A DNA stretch of 64,000 nt from a virus (IMGVR_UViG_3300017917_001910:32001-96000); one strand, 5' to 3'; positions 51,939-62,867 are shown, counted from the stretch's first letter. Numbers and translations are program-made. The notes: generated by a model not told the origin, from the letters alone.

Positions 51939-54896
51939 TTAATTTGCTAAAAGATGCACATTAGATACTCTAACCGTATATACATTCCCGCTAGTAACAG
52001 TTGCTACTATTTTTACAGCCGTTATTGAGCTTATATCTGTAGAGAATGTTATATCAGATGGATCTCCTAAGGATGTAATAACGCTGTATGAATCTAAAAC
52101 ACCGCTACTATCAGTTTTTAGTGCTATACTAAAACGAACAAGTTCTAAACGTGTAGGATCGCCTTCATCTGTTATCATCATATCTCCAAATGCTCCTATA
52201 TACTTATCTCCATTAAATTGATATAGTGTAGACGGGCTGCCATTTTGAATACCAGTAATTTTAATATTACTAATAATAGCAGGATTTTCACCTGTAAATT
52301 CTAAAGAACCGCTTATTGTTTGATTTCCACTAAATGTATTACCACCAACAAGATTTGCTTTACCTGCTATACTATCAATAGCTGATTGTACACTAGATGT
52401 ATATGTATTAAATGACGATGTAGTTGTAAATGAGCCTGTTTTATTGTTTATGCTACTCGTAAAACTATTAAATGATGATGTTGTTACAAATGATCCTGTT
52501 TTATTATTAATGGAACTTGTAAAACTATTAAATGATGAAGTAGTTGTGAAAGAACTTGATATTGCATTAAATGCATCAACAGTTTGAATTTTAGTCCAAG
52601 TAGGATAATTAGTTTCAAATAAATTATAAGTAAACCACATATTACTTTCATCAGATAGTGTAGCAAAATATCCACCATCTATATCTCGTCTACCTATAAC
52701 ATTATAAGCTAAATATCCACTAGCTTCAGACGGAATTCCCGTAGAGCCAGCTTTAACTACAAATTCTTGATATCCAGAAGGTTTTGAATACGCTAATGAA
52801 GATGTAAAAGCTTTACCTCCTGGGTAACCGCTAGTCGTTCCTAAATTAGTATCTCTAATAGAAGATGTAAATGTATTAATGCTATTTATAGTACTATTAA
52901 TACTAGAAGTATATGTATTAAATGAACTAGTTGTTACAAATGAGCCAGTATCTACAGACGTACCTCCCGTTGCGCCAGATACACTCCCGCTTATTTGTAT
53001 TTGACCTCCTACTGTTGCCTTTATATAATGATTATATGGTGCGCCTGTTTCAAAATAAAATCCAGACCCTGGTTGGCTACTTCCACTTATTGTTTGACTT
53101 CCAGACCACATTACCCATCCAGTGCTATTATTATAAGTCGTAACTTGATTATTTTGCCCGTCTAAATGAATACCTTGTTGTAATGAATTTCCTAGACGCA
53201 TACATCCAGGTATTAAATTATCACAACCACTTATAAATTGATTACTTCCAGATACTTGTATATTTGAAGACCCCGCATTATCAAATTCATAACTATTGAT
53301 TTGATTGTTATCATCAATAAAATCTACTTTAAAATCATATACATCGTTACGATTTTTTACGTTAATTGGAAAATATGAATTAAAGTTTGAAGGATTAAAT
53401 CCTTGATCAACTCCAGATTTTAAAGAAATATCGCTTATATAAAAACTGCCCGTTATTATTTTAAACTGCAATCTTCCAGTACCTGTTTGCGGAGCTAAAA
53501 AATCAATAGGAAAGTTTAAATATGAAGGGCCAAAGTTTGAAGAATCTAAATAAAATACTCTTTGACCGTTACCCTCTTTATTTATAAAGGCAGAGCCAGA
53601 CATATATACTTCTAATATAAAGTTTGTATCCTTTACATAGTTAAAATATAATCTGTATGAAGATCCTTTTTGGAAATTAATATCTACATTACTTGTAAAT
53701 AACACATTATTTAATGTAGTATCTACTAAAGGAGTTAAGTATAATGAATTAAATAAACTAGATGTATTAAATGAAGCAGATAAGTATGTATTATTATAGT
53801 TCCAGAAACTTTGAAATGAAGATGTATTTAAAAAATATCCTACATTACTTCTATCAAATTGTGTATATGAAGCACTATTAATTAATAATTCATTATCTAT
53901 TGTTTGTGATTCTCCTAATAATTCATATTGGTCTAAACTACCTTGGCTCTTTCCGTATAATTTTATATATTTTAAGTAACCTGATGCTGGGTCTAAATTA
54001 GATATCTTTAAATTTATAAATGATTTAAAGTTATTTATAGGAGTATAATTCGGTGTTGGATTATATGTTAATGTATAATTTACATTTGCATTATTAACTA
54101 ATCCAAACGAAGGAGATGAACCTTGACCAAGTATAGATGCTGTCCATGGAATATTTAAAATAGCTACTTGTGAATTATAAATATTAGATATTCTAGAATT
54201 AAATATATTAAAACTAGATGTTGTATATCCACTAAAATCAGGTAAAATTGATGACCCAGTTAATATTAATGTTCCATTAAGCATATCATTTGTAAATGAT
54301 TGAGCTTGAGGTAATTCTAATAATGGATAAGATTGTTGATAACGATAAATTCCACTGCCTGATACTGTTATTGTATCTAATGGACTTAAACTTCTGCTAA
54401 CATAAGCCGTTCTTGCTTCTGATATTGAAATAGAAGGGTATTGAGAAAATAATATTCTGCTTGTATTTTTTTGGAATCGATTAAAATCTACTATCGTAGT
54501 ATAACGAACGTTATATTTATTTTGAAATTCGCTAGGAATAGGTTCTCCATTTAATCCTGTCTTTGCATGGCCTATAAAGGTTATTCGTAAAGGCCCATTA
54601 GAAATATTATCATAAAGAAATACAGTTAATACTCTAATATTTTCTTCATCTCTTTGAAAATATTCTGGGGCTTCATGATATACAGTATTTCCATATGAAT
54701 CAATAATCTCAACATCTACGTTATTGTAAATGTCAAGATTATTTTCGTTTAAATTAAATCTAATTGAGTTTTTACCAGGCCCAAATACTTTAGGTATATC
54801 TACAATATTAAAATAGTAAGGAGAATTTTGTAAAGTATCTTCAATATATACTGGAAGCTGGTCTAAACCTCTATAAAACAGTTCTTTTCTGTACAT
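51939..54896 (-). CDS. Large virion structural / fibre-like protein
   Basis: Ser/Asn-rich beta-type sequence; TTSSFNSFTSSINNKTGSF repeats shared with the fibre genes. Confidence 0.6.
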   Translation of the reverse strand: MYRKELFYRGLDQLPVYIEDTLQNSPYYFNIVDIPKVFGPGKNSIRFNLNENNLDIYNNVDVEIIDSYGNTVYHEAPEYFQRDEENIRVLTVFLYDNISNGPLRITFIGHAKTGLNGEPIPSEFQNKYNVRYTTIVDFNRFQKNTSRILFSQYPSISISEARTAYVSRSLSPLDTITVSGSGIYRYQQSYPLLELPQAQSFTNDMLNGTLILTGSSILPDFSGYTTSSFNIFNSRISNIYNSQVAILNIPWTASILGQGSSPSFGLVNNANVNYTLTYNPTPNYTPINNFKSFINLKISNLDPASGYLKYIKLYGKSQGSLDQYELLGESQTIDNELLINSASYTQFDRSNVGYFLNTSSFQSFWNYNNTYLSASFNTSSLFNSLYLTPLVDTTLNNVLFTSNVDINFQKGSSYRLYFNYVKDTNFILEVYMSGSAFINKEGNGQRVFYLDSSNFGPSYLNFPIDFLAPQTGTGRLQFKIITGSFYISDISLKSGVDQGFNPSNFNSYFPINVKNRNDVYDFKVDFIDDNNQINSYEFDNAGSSNIQVSGSNQFISGCDNLIPGCMRLGNSLQQGIHLDGQNNQVTTYNNSTGWVMWSGSQTISGSSQPGSGFYFETGAPYNHYIKATVGGQIQISGSVSGATGGTSVDTGSFVTTSSFNTYTSSINSTINSINTFTSSIRDTNLGTTSGYPGGKAFTSSLAYSKPSGYQEFVVKAGSTGIPSEASGYLAYNVIGRRDIDGGYFATLSDESNMWFTYNLFETNYPTWTKIQTVDAFNAISSSFTTTSSFNSFTSSINNKTGSFVTTSSFNSFTSSINNKTGSFTTTSSFNTYTSSVQSAIDSIAGKANLVGGNTFSGNQTISGSLEFTGENPAIISNIKITGIQNGSPSTLYQFNGDKYIGAFGDMMITDEGDPTRLELVRFSIALKTDSSGVLDSYSVITSLGDPSDITFSTDISSITAVKIVATVTSGNVYTVRVSNVHLLAN
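52390..52560 (-). repeat. In-frame 60-nt (20-aa) tandem repeat
   Basis: About three copies of TTSSFN(S/T)(F/Y)TSSINNKTGSF. Confidence 0.8.
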
Positions 54897-54925
54897 TATA
54901 TGATATTTCTATACATATAATTATG

Positions 54926-57900
54926 TTACATAATGGAAACTTTAGAAAATCCTTGCTCTTTTTTAATATCTATAAAATGTTCCACCATATCTCTCATAAC
55001 ATCTATATGAGAAATAATCATCATAAAATCAAATTGTGTCTTAAGATAATTAAACAATAAATATACTTGATTCATATTTTCCGAATCTAGTTGCGTAAAT
55101 CCTTCATCAATAGCAATAAAATTTGGCTTAGGTAAATTAGTGATACTAATTAATGAATTTCTTATTGCTAATGAACTAATAAATCTTTCCATTCCAGATG
55201 TTAATTCTAATGGCCAATAATTGTCATCGTCATAAACAATATATGCATTAATATTTTTTTCATCTGTTTGAAGCATAATATTAAAATCTACTAATTGCCC
55301 TAATACATTATTAATTTCCGTTTCAATTTGAGGCATTACCTTACAAATTAAATCATATGGAATTCCGTTACGATTCGTTGCAGATAAATACAATTCATAA
55401 AATTTATATTCACGTTCTAATGATCTAAGTTTTTCAATACTATTTAAAGCATTAGTTTTATTTTGTTTTTGTAATTCAATGCCAGTTATTAATTTAGACA
55501 TTTGAGAATTAATAATACTTAGTTCAGATTTATATTGACCTAACTCTTCTTTAATACGATTAATTTCTTCCGTAAATGATAAGTTATATTCAATAGCTTC
55601 TTTATTTTCATTATACTTTGCAATGCTATCAACAGATTCTTTCTTTAAACTTTCCGCTGCTGCATATCCAACTTTCTTTTGACTTGAAGTTAATTCTAAA
55701 GAAGATTTTTTATTTTTAATTTCTTGAATTTCTTTCTTAATATCATTAACTTCTAAATTTTGAAGAGTATATTGTTCTAAACCACTTATTGCAATTTCAA
55801 GAGATTCTTGTTTCTTTAATAAATCTTTAATTTCATTTTCATGAAAAGACAACGTTTCTTTAGTTTGAATAGCATCTTTTACAAATACATTATTCATACA
55901 AAATGTACAATTTTGGTCATATTCTAAATCTTCTAGTTTTTTCATTTTGTCTAGAATATGAGAATGTTGTACTTCTTTAACTTTTATATCAGATAGCAGT
56001 TTTTTATGTTGCTCGTCATACGATTTTAATTGATCTAACGCACTTTCAATCGCATCCATATTAAAAGTATTTAATCTATCTGTTAGGGGCTGTATACGCT
56101 CATCTAAATTGCTAATTTCATTAGATATATCGGTTATCTCAGATAAAAGTCTTTCAGATTTTTGGGTTGCTACATCTAAATCAATTTGCAGTTTATTTAA
56201 GTCATAACTTACACCTGATAATGGAATAATTTGCTGAGCAATATCTAATAAAGAAGCTTCATTCTTTGTTATACTTTCTTCTAATATCAAACGTTTACCA
56301 TCTAATTCTTTATGAGATTTTTCGTTTTCTTTTATAATAGATTCTGCTTCAGAAATACGACTACCAAAGTCTTGTTTTTGTAAATCTTTTAAAAGAGCAT
56401 GTACATCTTTAATTTCTTCTGCTGCAATTTTTTGTAAATCATCAAAAATGTTAATATCCAAAAACTGCGATAATAAATCTTTACGTTCTTTTTGAGTCAT
56501 TTCAATAAAGCCAGTATTATTATTTTGAGCAATTACTGAGGTTAAGATAAAGTCCTTATATGTCCCTAAATATGTTCTAATAATAGCATTTGTTTCATCA
56601 CGCTCTTGCCCGTTTAATGAAACTACTTGACCAGCATCATCTAATGTATAAAAACTAACAGTTACTCTAACATGTCCAGATTTTTGTTTTGCTCCGGAAC
56701 GTTCAATAAAGTATTTTTTATTGTTAATTTCTATTTCTAATTTACAAGAAAATGAATCTTTTTTATTATTTAAAACATAAGCTGCTTTATCTGTTTTTGT
56801 AGACTTATCAAAAATACAATATAATAATGAATCTAATAACGAACTTTTACCACTTCTGTTAGAAGCGAATAGTCCATAAATTCCGTTCATTTGACTAAAA
56901 TCTATAACATTATTTTCTCCGTAACTAAACATATTTGAAAATTCAAATTTCATAAGATTATATGTTATATTTTTAGGAATATCCGCACTTTGTAGTTTAG
57001 AGTTAATTATCCTGTTAATATGACGTACACCATCTAAAATTTCATCTTCATCAATATCTAAACGATTTGTTAAATAATCTGTTAGTATTGTATTTTGATA
57101 TTCTACATCTCTAACATTACCTAAAGATATTTTTGTTGTATTAGAATTATCTTTATGAAAGTCCTTTACCTTTTGCGTTACGATATCTTGAACATTATAT
57201 TTAGATTTTAAATCTACTATAATTGTTTTTATTTGAGAAGATGTCGTATTTTGTATTTTTAATTTAATTCTAGGTTTTTTTGGAAATTTTGCTGGGTATG
57301 ATGTTATTATACCATTACTAACTTCTAAAGTAACATATCCATAATCATTTTCTATTTCTACAAACTTTGATTCTTTAGTATTAACATCCCATATCATTAA
57401 GCCGTGAAAATCTAAAGTCTCTCCAAAATTTTGTTGAATAAGACTAGAAGCATACGCAATAGTTTTGTCAGAGTTTAAGTATTGAAATTTATGTATATCT
57501 CCTAATAATGTAATTGCATGGTTTGCAAATGTCTCAGTATTTACGTGGTCATTTGTTAATTGAAATCCAACAGCCGTAGAAGCTTGATTTACTGCACCAT
57601 GATGAAGAGCAATTTTAATTTTGTCATTTGGTATATCTATTCCTTTAATAAATGTTACTGGTCTATCAGCTACACCCATTACATTAAAGTATACATTACC
57701 TAATTCATAAACACCGGTATTTTTTAAATAAAATAAATTAGGGTGATTAAGAGCATTAATAATAGGCTCTAACGCATCTAATCTAGTTTTATTGTTTAAA
57801 TTCATATCATGGTTACCGGTAATTACAATTGTATCTGTAATATCTGCTAATGATCTGAAAAAGTCTTGAATCAAATTAATTTGCTCCGGAGACATATCTG

Positions 57901-58102
57901 TCTTAGAATGAGCAATATCGCCAGCTACATAAATAATTGTATTTGGATTATTAGATTTAAAGTTTTTACAATAATCATATAATCTAGAAAATACTGTACG
58001 ATATTCTTCATGTCGCTTTTGTAAACGAATATGAATATCTGCAATATGAATAATATATTGAATATTACTTATTTTATTATTTATTTTATGAATTTTAATC
58101 AT
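54926..58102 (-). CDS. Fused Mre11/SbcD-Rad50/SbcC (T4 gp47-gp46-like) recombination nuclease
   Basis: ADIHI, AGDIAH, GNHD, LHHG and LGDIHK phosphoesterase motifs; then SNRSGKSS (Walker A), IAQNN (Q-loop), CTFC hook, TSGMERF, IAIDEGF, IISH. Confidence 0.9.
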   Translation of the reverse strand: MIKIHKINNKISNIQYIIHIADIHIRLQKRHEEYRTVFSRLYDYCKNFKSNNPNTIIYVAGDIAHSKTDMSPEQINLIQDFFRSLADITDTIVITGNHDMNLNNKTRLDALEPIINALNHPNLFYLKNTGVYELGNVYFNVMGVADRPVTFIKGIDIPNDKIKIALHHGAVNQASTAVGFQLTNDHVNTETFANHAITLLGDIHKFQYLNSDKTIAYASSLIQQNFGETLDFHGLMIWDVNTKESKFVEIENDYGYVTLEVSNGIITSYPAKFPKKPRIKLKIQNTTSSQIKTIIVDLKSKYNVQDIVTQKVKDFHKDNSNTTKISLGNVRDVEYQNTILTDYLTNRLDIDEDEILDGVRHINRIINSKLQSADIPKNITYNLMKFEFSNMFSYGENNVIDFSQMNGIYGLFASNRSGKSSLLDSLLYCIFDKSTKTDKAAYVLNNKKDSFSCKLEIEINNKKYFIERSGAKQKSGHVRVTVSFYTLDDAGQVVSLNGQERDETNAIIRTYLGTYKDFILTSVIAQNNNTGFIEMTQKERKDLLSQFLDINIFDDLQKIAAEEIKDVHALLKDLQKQDFGSRISEAESIIKENEKSHKELDGKRLILEESITKNEASLLDIAQQIIPLSGVSYDLNKLQIDLDVATQKSERLLSEITDISNEISNLDERIQPLTDRLNTFNMDAIESALDQLKSYDEQHKKLLSDIKVKEVQHSHILDKMKKLEDLEYDQNCTFCMNNVFVKDAIQTKETLSFHENEIKDLLKKQESLEIAISGLEQYTLQNLEVNDIKKEIQEIKNKKSSLELTSSQKKVGYAAAESLKKESVDSIAKYNENKEAIEYNLSFTEEINRIKEELGQYKSELSIINSQMSKLITGIELQKQNKTNALNSIEKLRSLEREYKFYELYLSATNRNGIPYDLICKVMPQIETEINNVLGQLVDFNIMLQTDEKNINAYIVYDDDNYWPLELTSGMERFISSLAIRNSLISITNLPKPNFIAIDEGFTQLDSENMNQVYLLFNYLKTQFDFMMIISHIDVMRDMVEHFIDIKKEQGFSKVSIM

Positions 58103-59046
58103 ATATTTAATTTATACTTTATCAAATCTGCAAATGATAAAGGTTTTGTTTCTTTAATAATTTTAATCATTCGTTCAAATCCAATTTCATTCGGATCTTT
58201 TTCTTGAAGGTCTACAAAATAAACTATAATACCTTCATCCATAAATTCATTTGCTACATTTAATGCTTGTTTTTGAGCATCTTTATCTAAACAAATATAA
58301 ATTTCTTTTACTTTCTTTTCCACTAACCTTTTTCTAAGTTCATCTGGAATGGTCTTTCCAAATAATGGAATAGCATTTCTTTTAATTGTCATTGCATCAA
58401 TCGCGCCTTCGACTAATACTACGGGCAAATTCCAGTTGATATATAATTCAAACCCAACTATATCTTTACTTACATTTGGATTTTTATGTTTAAAGTTAGA
58501 CCCGTAAAAATCTCGACCAACAAAGAAATTTAAACTTCCGGATAAATTATAACTAGGAATAATAATTTTATGTCTGTATTGTCCTGTTTCGCAAAATCCT
58601 AGATGATATTTTATAATATCAAAATTTGTAAATCCGCGATCTTCTCTTAAATATTTTAAAGCATTTCTATAATCTGGAGTATTATCTGCTTCTAAAAAAG
58701 ACTTATATTCAGTTGGTAATGATAAATGGGTTGATGTATAGTTTGAATATTCCGTAAATAAACTATTAATATCTTTAGTAACAACTCCTAATGCCTTATT
58801 TAGTTCTACAATTTTATCATAACCAGCATTTAATTGTTTATAAAGATTAACTAATTTTTTTCCCTTTTTTTGACATACCCAACAATTCCAAGGATTTTCT
58901 CCTTTAGTATTTGTAATCATTTGTATTTCTAATTTACGTTTATGATGATTACAAAATGGACAGTGATATGCTACGTTACCATTAGAGGTTTTTCTGCCTT
59001 TACCTAATATTGACTCTACAGAAGAAACTAATTTAGTATTATCCAT
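58099..59046 (-). CDS. dnaG: DNA primase (Zn-binding domain plus TOPRIM)
   Basis: CPFCNH...WNCWVC, IIIPSY, LVEGAIDA, CLDKDA, KDPNE. Confidence 0.9.
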   Translation of the reverse strand: MDNTKLVSSVESILGKGRKTSNGNVAYHCPFCNHHKRKLEIQMITNTKGENPWNCWVCQKKGKKLVNLYKQLNAGYDKIVELNKALGVVTKDINSLFTEYSNYTSTHLSLPTEYKSFLEADNTPDYRNALKYLREDRGFTNFDIIKYHLGFCETGQYRHKIIIPSYNLSGSLNFFVGRDFYGSNFKHKNPNVSKDIVGFELYINWNLPVVLVEGAIDAMTIKRNAIPLFGKTIPDELRKRLVEKKVKEIYICLDKDAQKQALNVANEFMDEGIIVYFVDLQEKDPNEIGFERMIKIIKETKPLSFADLIKYKLNI

Positions 59047-59070
59047 CTAAGATAATATAATAAAAATTTT

Positions 59071-59487
59071 CTATTCTTCTAGCCATTTGATAGGAATTTC
59101 TTTAGCTGCCCAAAGATATCCATGTTTATCTGCCCAATCTGCATAGGTAGTTTTAGATGTTTTAATGATTTTGTTGTTTGGAGTTTGAAATAAAAGACGT
59201 ATATCTAATTCTGGATTAGCTTCTTTTACTAACTTCATCTTTTTTCTATCTGCCGTGGTAAATCTACCTTTTGTTTCAATATACATTTTACTTCCATCTT
59301 TTTTTATTAAAATAAAATCAGGAGTATATGTTGCTATTCTTTCTGGTACAGTATATTTTAATTTTTCGGATTCATAACTCCAAGTTTTTCCTGTGAACTT
59401 AAGTTGCTCTGATATTTGATCTTCTAATCCAGAACGATATCCATGTTTACGAGCTAATGCTCTTATTGAAAATTTCTTTTTTGCCAT
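59071..59487 (-). CDS. T7 endonuclease I-like Holliday junction resolvase
   Basis: GYRSGLE, YTPDF, IETKGRF...DRKK, DIRLLFQ, TTYADWADKHG. Confidence 0.88.
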   Translation of the reverse strand: MAKKKFSIRALARKHGYRSGLEDQISEQLKFTGKTWSYESEKLKYTVPERIATYTPDFILIKKDGSKMYIETKGRFTTADRKKMKLVKEANPELDIRLLFQTPNNKIIKTSKTTYADWADKHGYLWAAKEIPIKWLEE

Positions 59488-59503
59488 AACTTATATTTTA
59501 TTT

Positions 59504-61000
59504 TTATGATCTATCAAATCTTACTTCAAAATTTAGATCAATGTCGTTTCTTTTTGGTATTGGTGATCCTAATTTTGCAACTGCTACTAAATTATAATTT
59601 ATATCATATAATCCAATTGTTGTTATATATGGATTAAAATCAGACCCAGTTGCGAATGAAAGAAGTGACCCTGTAGAATCATATAATGAAGGATTGGTAC
59701 TTGTATTAAAATCATTCATAGGAACATTGATATAGTATTTTGATTGTTCTATATCTAAACTACTTTTATATGATAAAGTAAAGTCTCTTGTGAATGATGA
59801 TGAAATTAATTCGTTTTGATAAGGAGAATAAACTGTCATTCCTTGATCATAAAATATATTTCCAACTTTATTAGTTTGAAGCGCTGAATAATTTGTATCA
59901 GTTATTGTAGATAATGATGTTATTTCACTTTGAGTCAATGCTTTACTATAAAATCTCACTTCATCTAAACTTCCACTAAATGGTGTTATACCTGCTGTAT
60001 TTGCTGCTCCTAAATATATACTACTTTTGTTTGATACTTTACCAGTTGTAGTAGTTATCTCACTAGTGAATAGTACACCATCAGCATAACATTCAATTGA
60101 ATTACCATTCTTTTGAAAGATAATATGACCCGTGGTTATTCCCGGTATATTAACTATATCTGTTTTTACCCCGTCTGTTCTTGTAAATACAAGTTCACTC
60201 GATAATCCATCAAATCTTATATCAAATGGATATGCTTGTAATAATGTACCATTAAGCCATTTTTTAGATATTACTGATTGGTTATTTATACTATAATTTT
60301 GTGCATTTATCCAAAATGATATTGCAAAGTCATTATCAAAAGTATTAAACCAATTATCTAAATTATCTTTAACTTGTATATATGATGAAGACCCATTAAA
60401 ATTAGCTTGATATCCATGAGTGTAATTACTACTACTAATACCCGTAGTATAATTTATATCTTTAGAGTAATAGTTATCTGGAATATAACTAGAATCAAAT
60501 CCATTATTAAATCCTAGATAAATAATGCTATTTGATGCAAAGCTAGATGTATTAATTCTAGTATCTATTAATTCGTAATTACCATTATCTTGTAAAGTAA
60601 TTGTTTCATTAGCTTTTCCAGTTACTGTTAAAGATAAACTACCAGGTTTTATTTCATCACCCGTTTTAATTCTCGGAACAGAATATGTTACTAATTCTTT
60701 ATTTAAATTTCTAGTAAAGCTGCTAACAGGATAACTAATATATCCAAAGTTTGGATAATAAGAATAGTATAAATGATTAATACCTATATATGTATTTTTC
60801 ATATAACTTCCGTCAGAATTTTGAAGTTCTCCGATTGCAGATGATGCACTTATAGTTACGTAGTTATTTGAATAAATGCCACGCAAATATTTAAATCTTG
60901 AGTCAGTAAAAGATTGAGATGTAAAATTCCAGTTCTTATGAGCAGTATATGTAGTTACATTTGAATCTTGTATTGAACTTATTATTTTATATTCTGCCAT
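59504..61000 (-). CDS. Baseplate/structural protein with LamG domain
   Basis: FAISFWI...FSGSLDEVRFYSKALT; C-terminal YITTIGLYD...LVAVAKL. Confidence 0.7.
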   Translation of the reverse strand: MAEYKIISSIQDSNVTTYTAHKNWNFTSQSFTDSRFKYLRGIYSNNYVTISASSAIGELQNSDGSYMKNTYIGINHLYYSYYPNFGYISYPVSSFTRNLNKELVTYSVPRIKTGDEIKPGSLSLTVTGKANETITLQDNGNYELIDTRINTSSFASNSIIYLGFNNGFDSSYIPDNYYSKDINYTTGISSSNYTHGYQANFNGSSSYIQVKDNLDNWFNTFDNDFAISFWINAQNYSINNQSVISKKWLNGTLLQAYPFDIRFDGLSSELVFTRTDGVKTDIVNIPGITTGHIIFQKNGNSIECYADGVLFTSEITTTTGKVSNKSSIYLGAANTAGITPFSGSLDEVRFYSKALTQSEITSLSTITDTNYSALQTNKVGNIFYDQGMTVYSPYQNELISSSFTRDFTLSYKSSLDIEQSKYYINVPMNDFNTSTNPSLYDSTGSLLSFATGSDFNPYITTIGLYDINYNLVAVAKLGSPIPKRNDIDLNFEVRFDRS

Positions 61001-61046
61001 TAATTCTTACCTTTATTATAAATATCGATAAGATAATATATTCAGT

Positions 61047-61071
61047 AAAAAAGCTCCAATAAAGGAGCTTT
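61047..61071 (-). terminator. Intrinsic terminator
   Basis: AAAGCTCC-N6-GGAGCTTT plus T-run. Confidence 0.75.
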
Positions 61072-61082
61072 CTTCGTATTTC

Positions 61083-62183
61083 TTAGAAATCTAATTTAAC
61101 TTTAATTAATAATTCTTTATCAAAAGATTTTTGTAAAGGCCTACTCAATTTTGCTACAGCAACTAAATTATAATTTGAATCATACAATCCAACTGAGGTA
61201 ATATAAACTTTAGGATCTAGATACATTGTAGGTTGAGCTAATGTATTATTTGATCCAGTTACAAATGTCGGATTATTTGAAAAATTATATTCATTATTAA
61301 ATGCTCTTACAAATACTATTTGTGATTTAATAGATTCTTGGTTTCTAGCAGTAAATCCGTTCGCTGCACTAATTGCAGCTGCGCCTGAAATAGATGTATA
61401 TAATTTCCAAGCATTATCTCCGCCCGGTACTGCAGATGAACCAGTTACTGTATAAGAAGCCGTTACTGTATTAAATGAAAGTTGAGAATTTAACATATCT
61501 CCATTTAATACTAATAATCCTAAATCTGGGTAAACTAAACCATATGCTGATGCTGAATTTATACTTCCACCAAATATACCATTATTTACTGAACCAGATA
61601 CTATATTGTATACTTTACCACCATTTCCTGAAGTTAATGTAGATGATGTATTACTGTCATCAATTAAATTAATTACTTTATTTGAACTAGATACTTGAAC
61701 ATTACTTCCGGTATATGCTGCATTAGCAAAGCTTCTTCCATTTAATTCTGCTAAATTTAGTTGCCATGTACCTGCATTTAATCTTTCTTTTAATCTTGCT
61801 CTGTTAACGGCAATTACATAAATGTTATTAGAATTAACTCCTCCATAAAATGTAAATTGTGTATCTGTAGGAGATAATAAAATATTTTTATATTGTGAAT
61901 AAATAGCTCTTGTAGGAGAATCATTTAATGAACCGCCTCCAGAATAACTTCCACTTCCTAATCTATTTCCGTATGTAACTGCAAATTGCCCACTTGCACT
62001 AGTACTAGTATCACTAACAACATCATAATAATATTGTTTTTGTGTAGAAGTCATTAATGAGCTAGTATAATATGTAGTTAATGTAGCTACATTGTTTGCC
62101 CATAATGGTGATGTAACTACTTGATTATTATTAGTTACTATATCATCTGGTGTATTTAATGGTTTAAATGTTTGATTTATCAT
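61083..62183 (-). CDS. Baseplate/structural protein; C-terminus paralogous to 59504-61000
   Basis: YITSVGLYDSNYNLVAVAKLSRP. Confidence 0.65.
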   Translation of the reverse strand: MINQTFKPLNTPDDIVTNNNQVVTSPLWANNVATLTTYYTSSLMTSTQKQYYYDVVSDTSTSASGQFAVTYGNRLGSGSYSGGGSLNDSPTRAIYSQYKNILLSPTDTQFTFYGGVNSNNIYVIAVNRARLKERLNAGTWQLNLAELNGRSFANAAYTGSNVQVSSSNKVINLIDDSNTSSTLTSGNGGKVYNIVSGSVNNGIFGGSINSASAYGLVYPDLGLLVLNGDMLNSQLSFNTVTASYTVTGSSAVPGGDNAWKLYTSISGAAAISAANGFTARNQESIKSQIVFVRAFNNEYNFSNNPTFVTGSNNTLAQPTMYLDPKVYITSVGLYDSNYNLVAVAKLSRPLQKSFDKELLIKVKLDF

Positions 62184-62195
62184 TTATATTTTTAA

Positions 62196-62867
62196 TTATG
62201 CCCCTTGAGTTGCTACTGTATAAGTTATATTTACTGGTACTGATGATCTTCCACCTAATTCATTACCCTCAACAATTATTTGGGTATTAACTGTTGTAGT
62301 ACTTGTATATGCTACGTCCTTTACTGAAAAAACAAAACTTATTCCTGTTACTGTTGTAATATTTGGGTTAGAAGTAGATACTTGTGAGTCTCCAATTGCT
62401 GACCCTACAATGGTTTGTTTCGATGATGCCGGAGTAGTTGTAACTAGTATAAGATATCTGTTATCGTATGAAACATTATAACCTAATGTATTATTATTAG
62501 CACCATTAGACACACCTGGTGTAAGAGTAAATTGTTTATTTCCTGAATTATTTAAAATTGCAGGTGGTATATTAGTAATAGATGCTAAAGTTTTAGTATC
62601 TTTCGCTAACGTTAATAATTTACTTTTTAAATTTTGCTCCGGAATTGGAGAAGCTTCTAATATTGGCATATTCTCTATAATAATACCATAGTAATCACTT
62701 CCTAATGGATTAGCCGGATTCCATAAATCATAATTTACTTCATCATCTCCTAATGCAAAGTATTTAATATCTAAACCGTTAGTATTACCGCCCTGTGATA
62801 ATAATTCACGGCCTTTTGTAGTTAATATTGCGTCTACAGTTACGCTAGCATTATTTAAATATCCCAT
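62196..62867 (-). CDS. Structural protein (fibre-attachment-like N-terminus)
   Basis: DAILTTKGRELL...YFALGDDEVNY. Confidence 0.6.
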   Translation of the reverse strand: MGYLNNASVTVDAILTTKGRELLSQGGNTNGLDIKYFALGDDEVNYDLWNPANPLGSDYYGIIIENMPILEASPIPEQNLKSKLLTLAKDTKTLASITNIPPAILNNSGNKQFTLTPGVSNGANNNTLGYNVSYDNRYLILVTTTPASSKQTIVGSAIGDSQVSTSNPNITTVTGISFVFSVKDVAYTSTTTVNTQIIVEGNELGGRSSVPVNITYTVATQGA

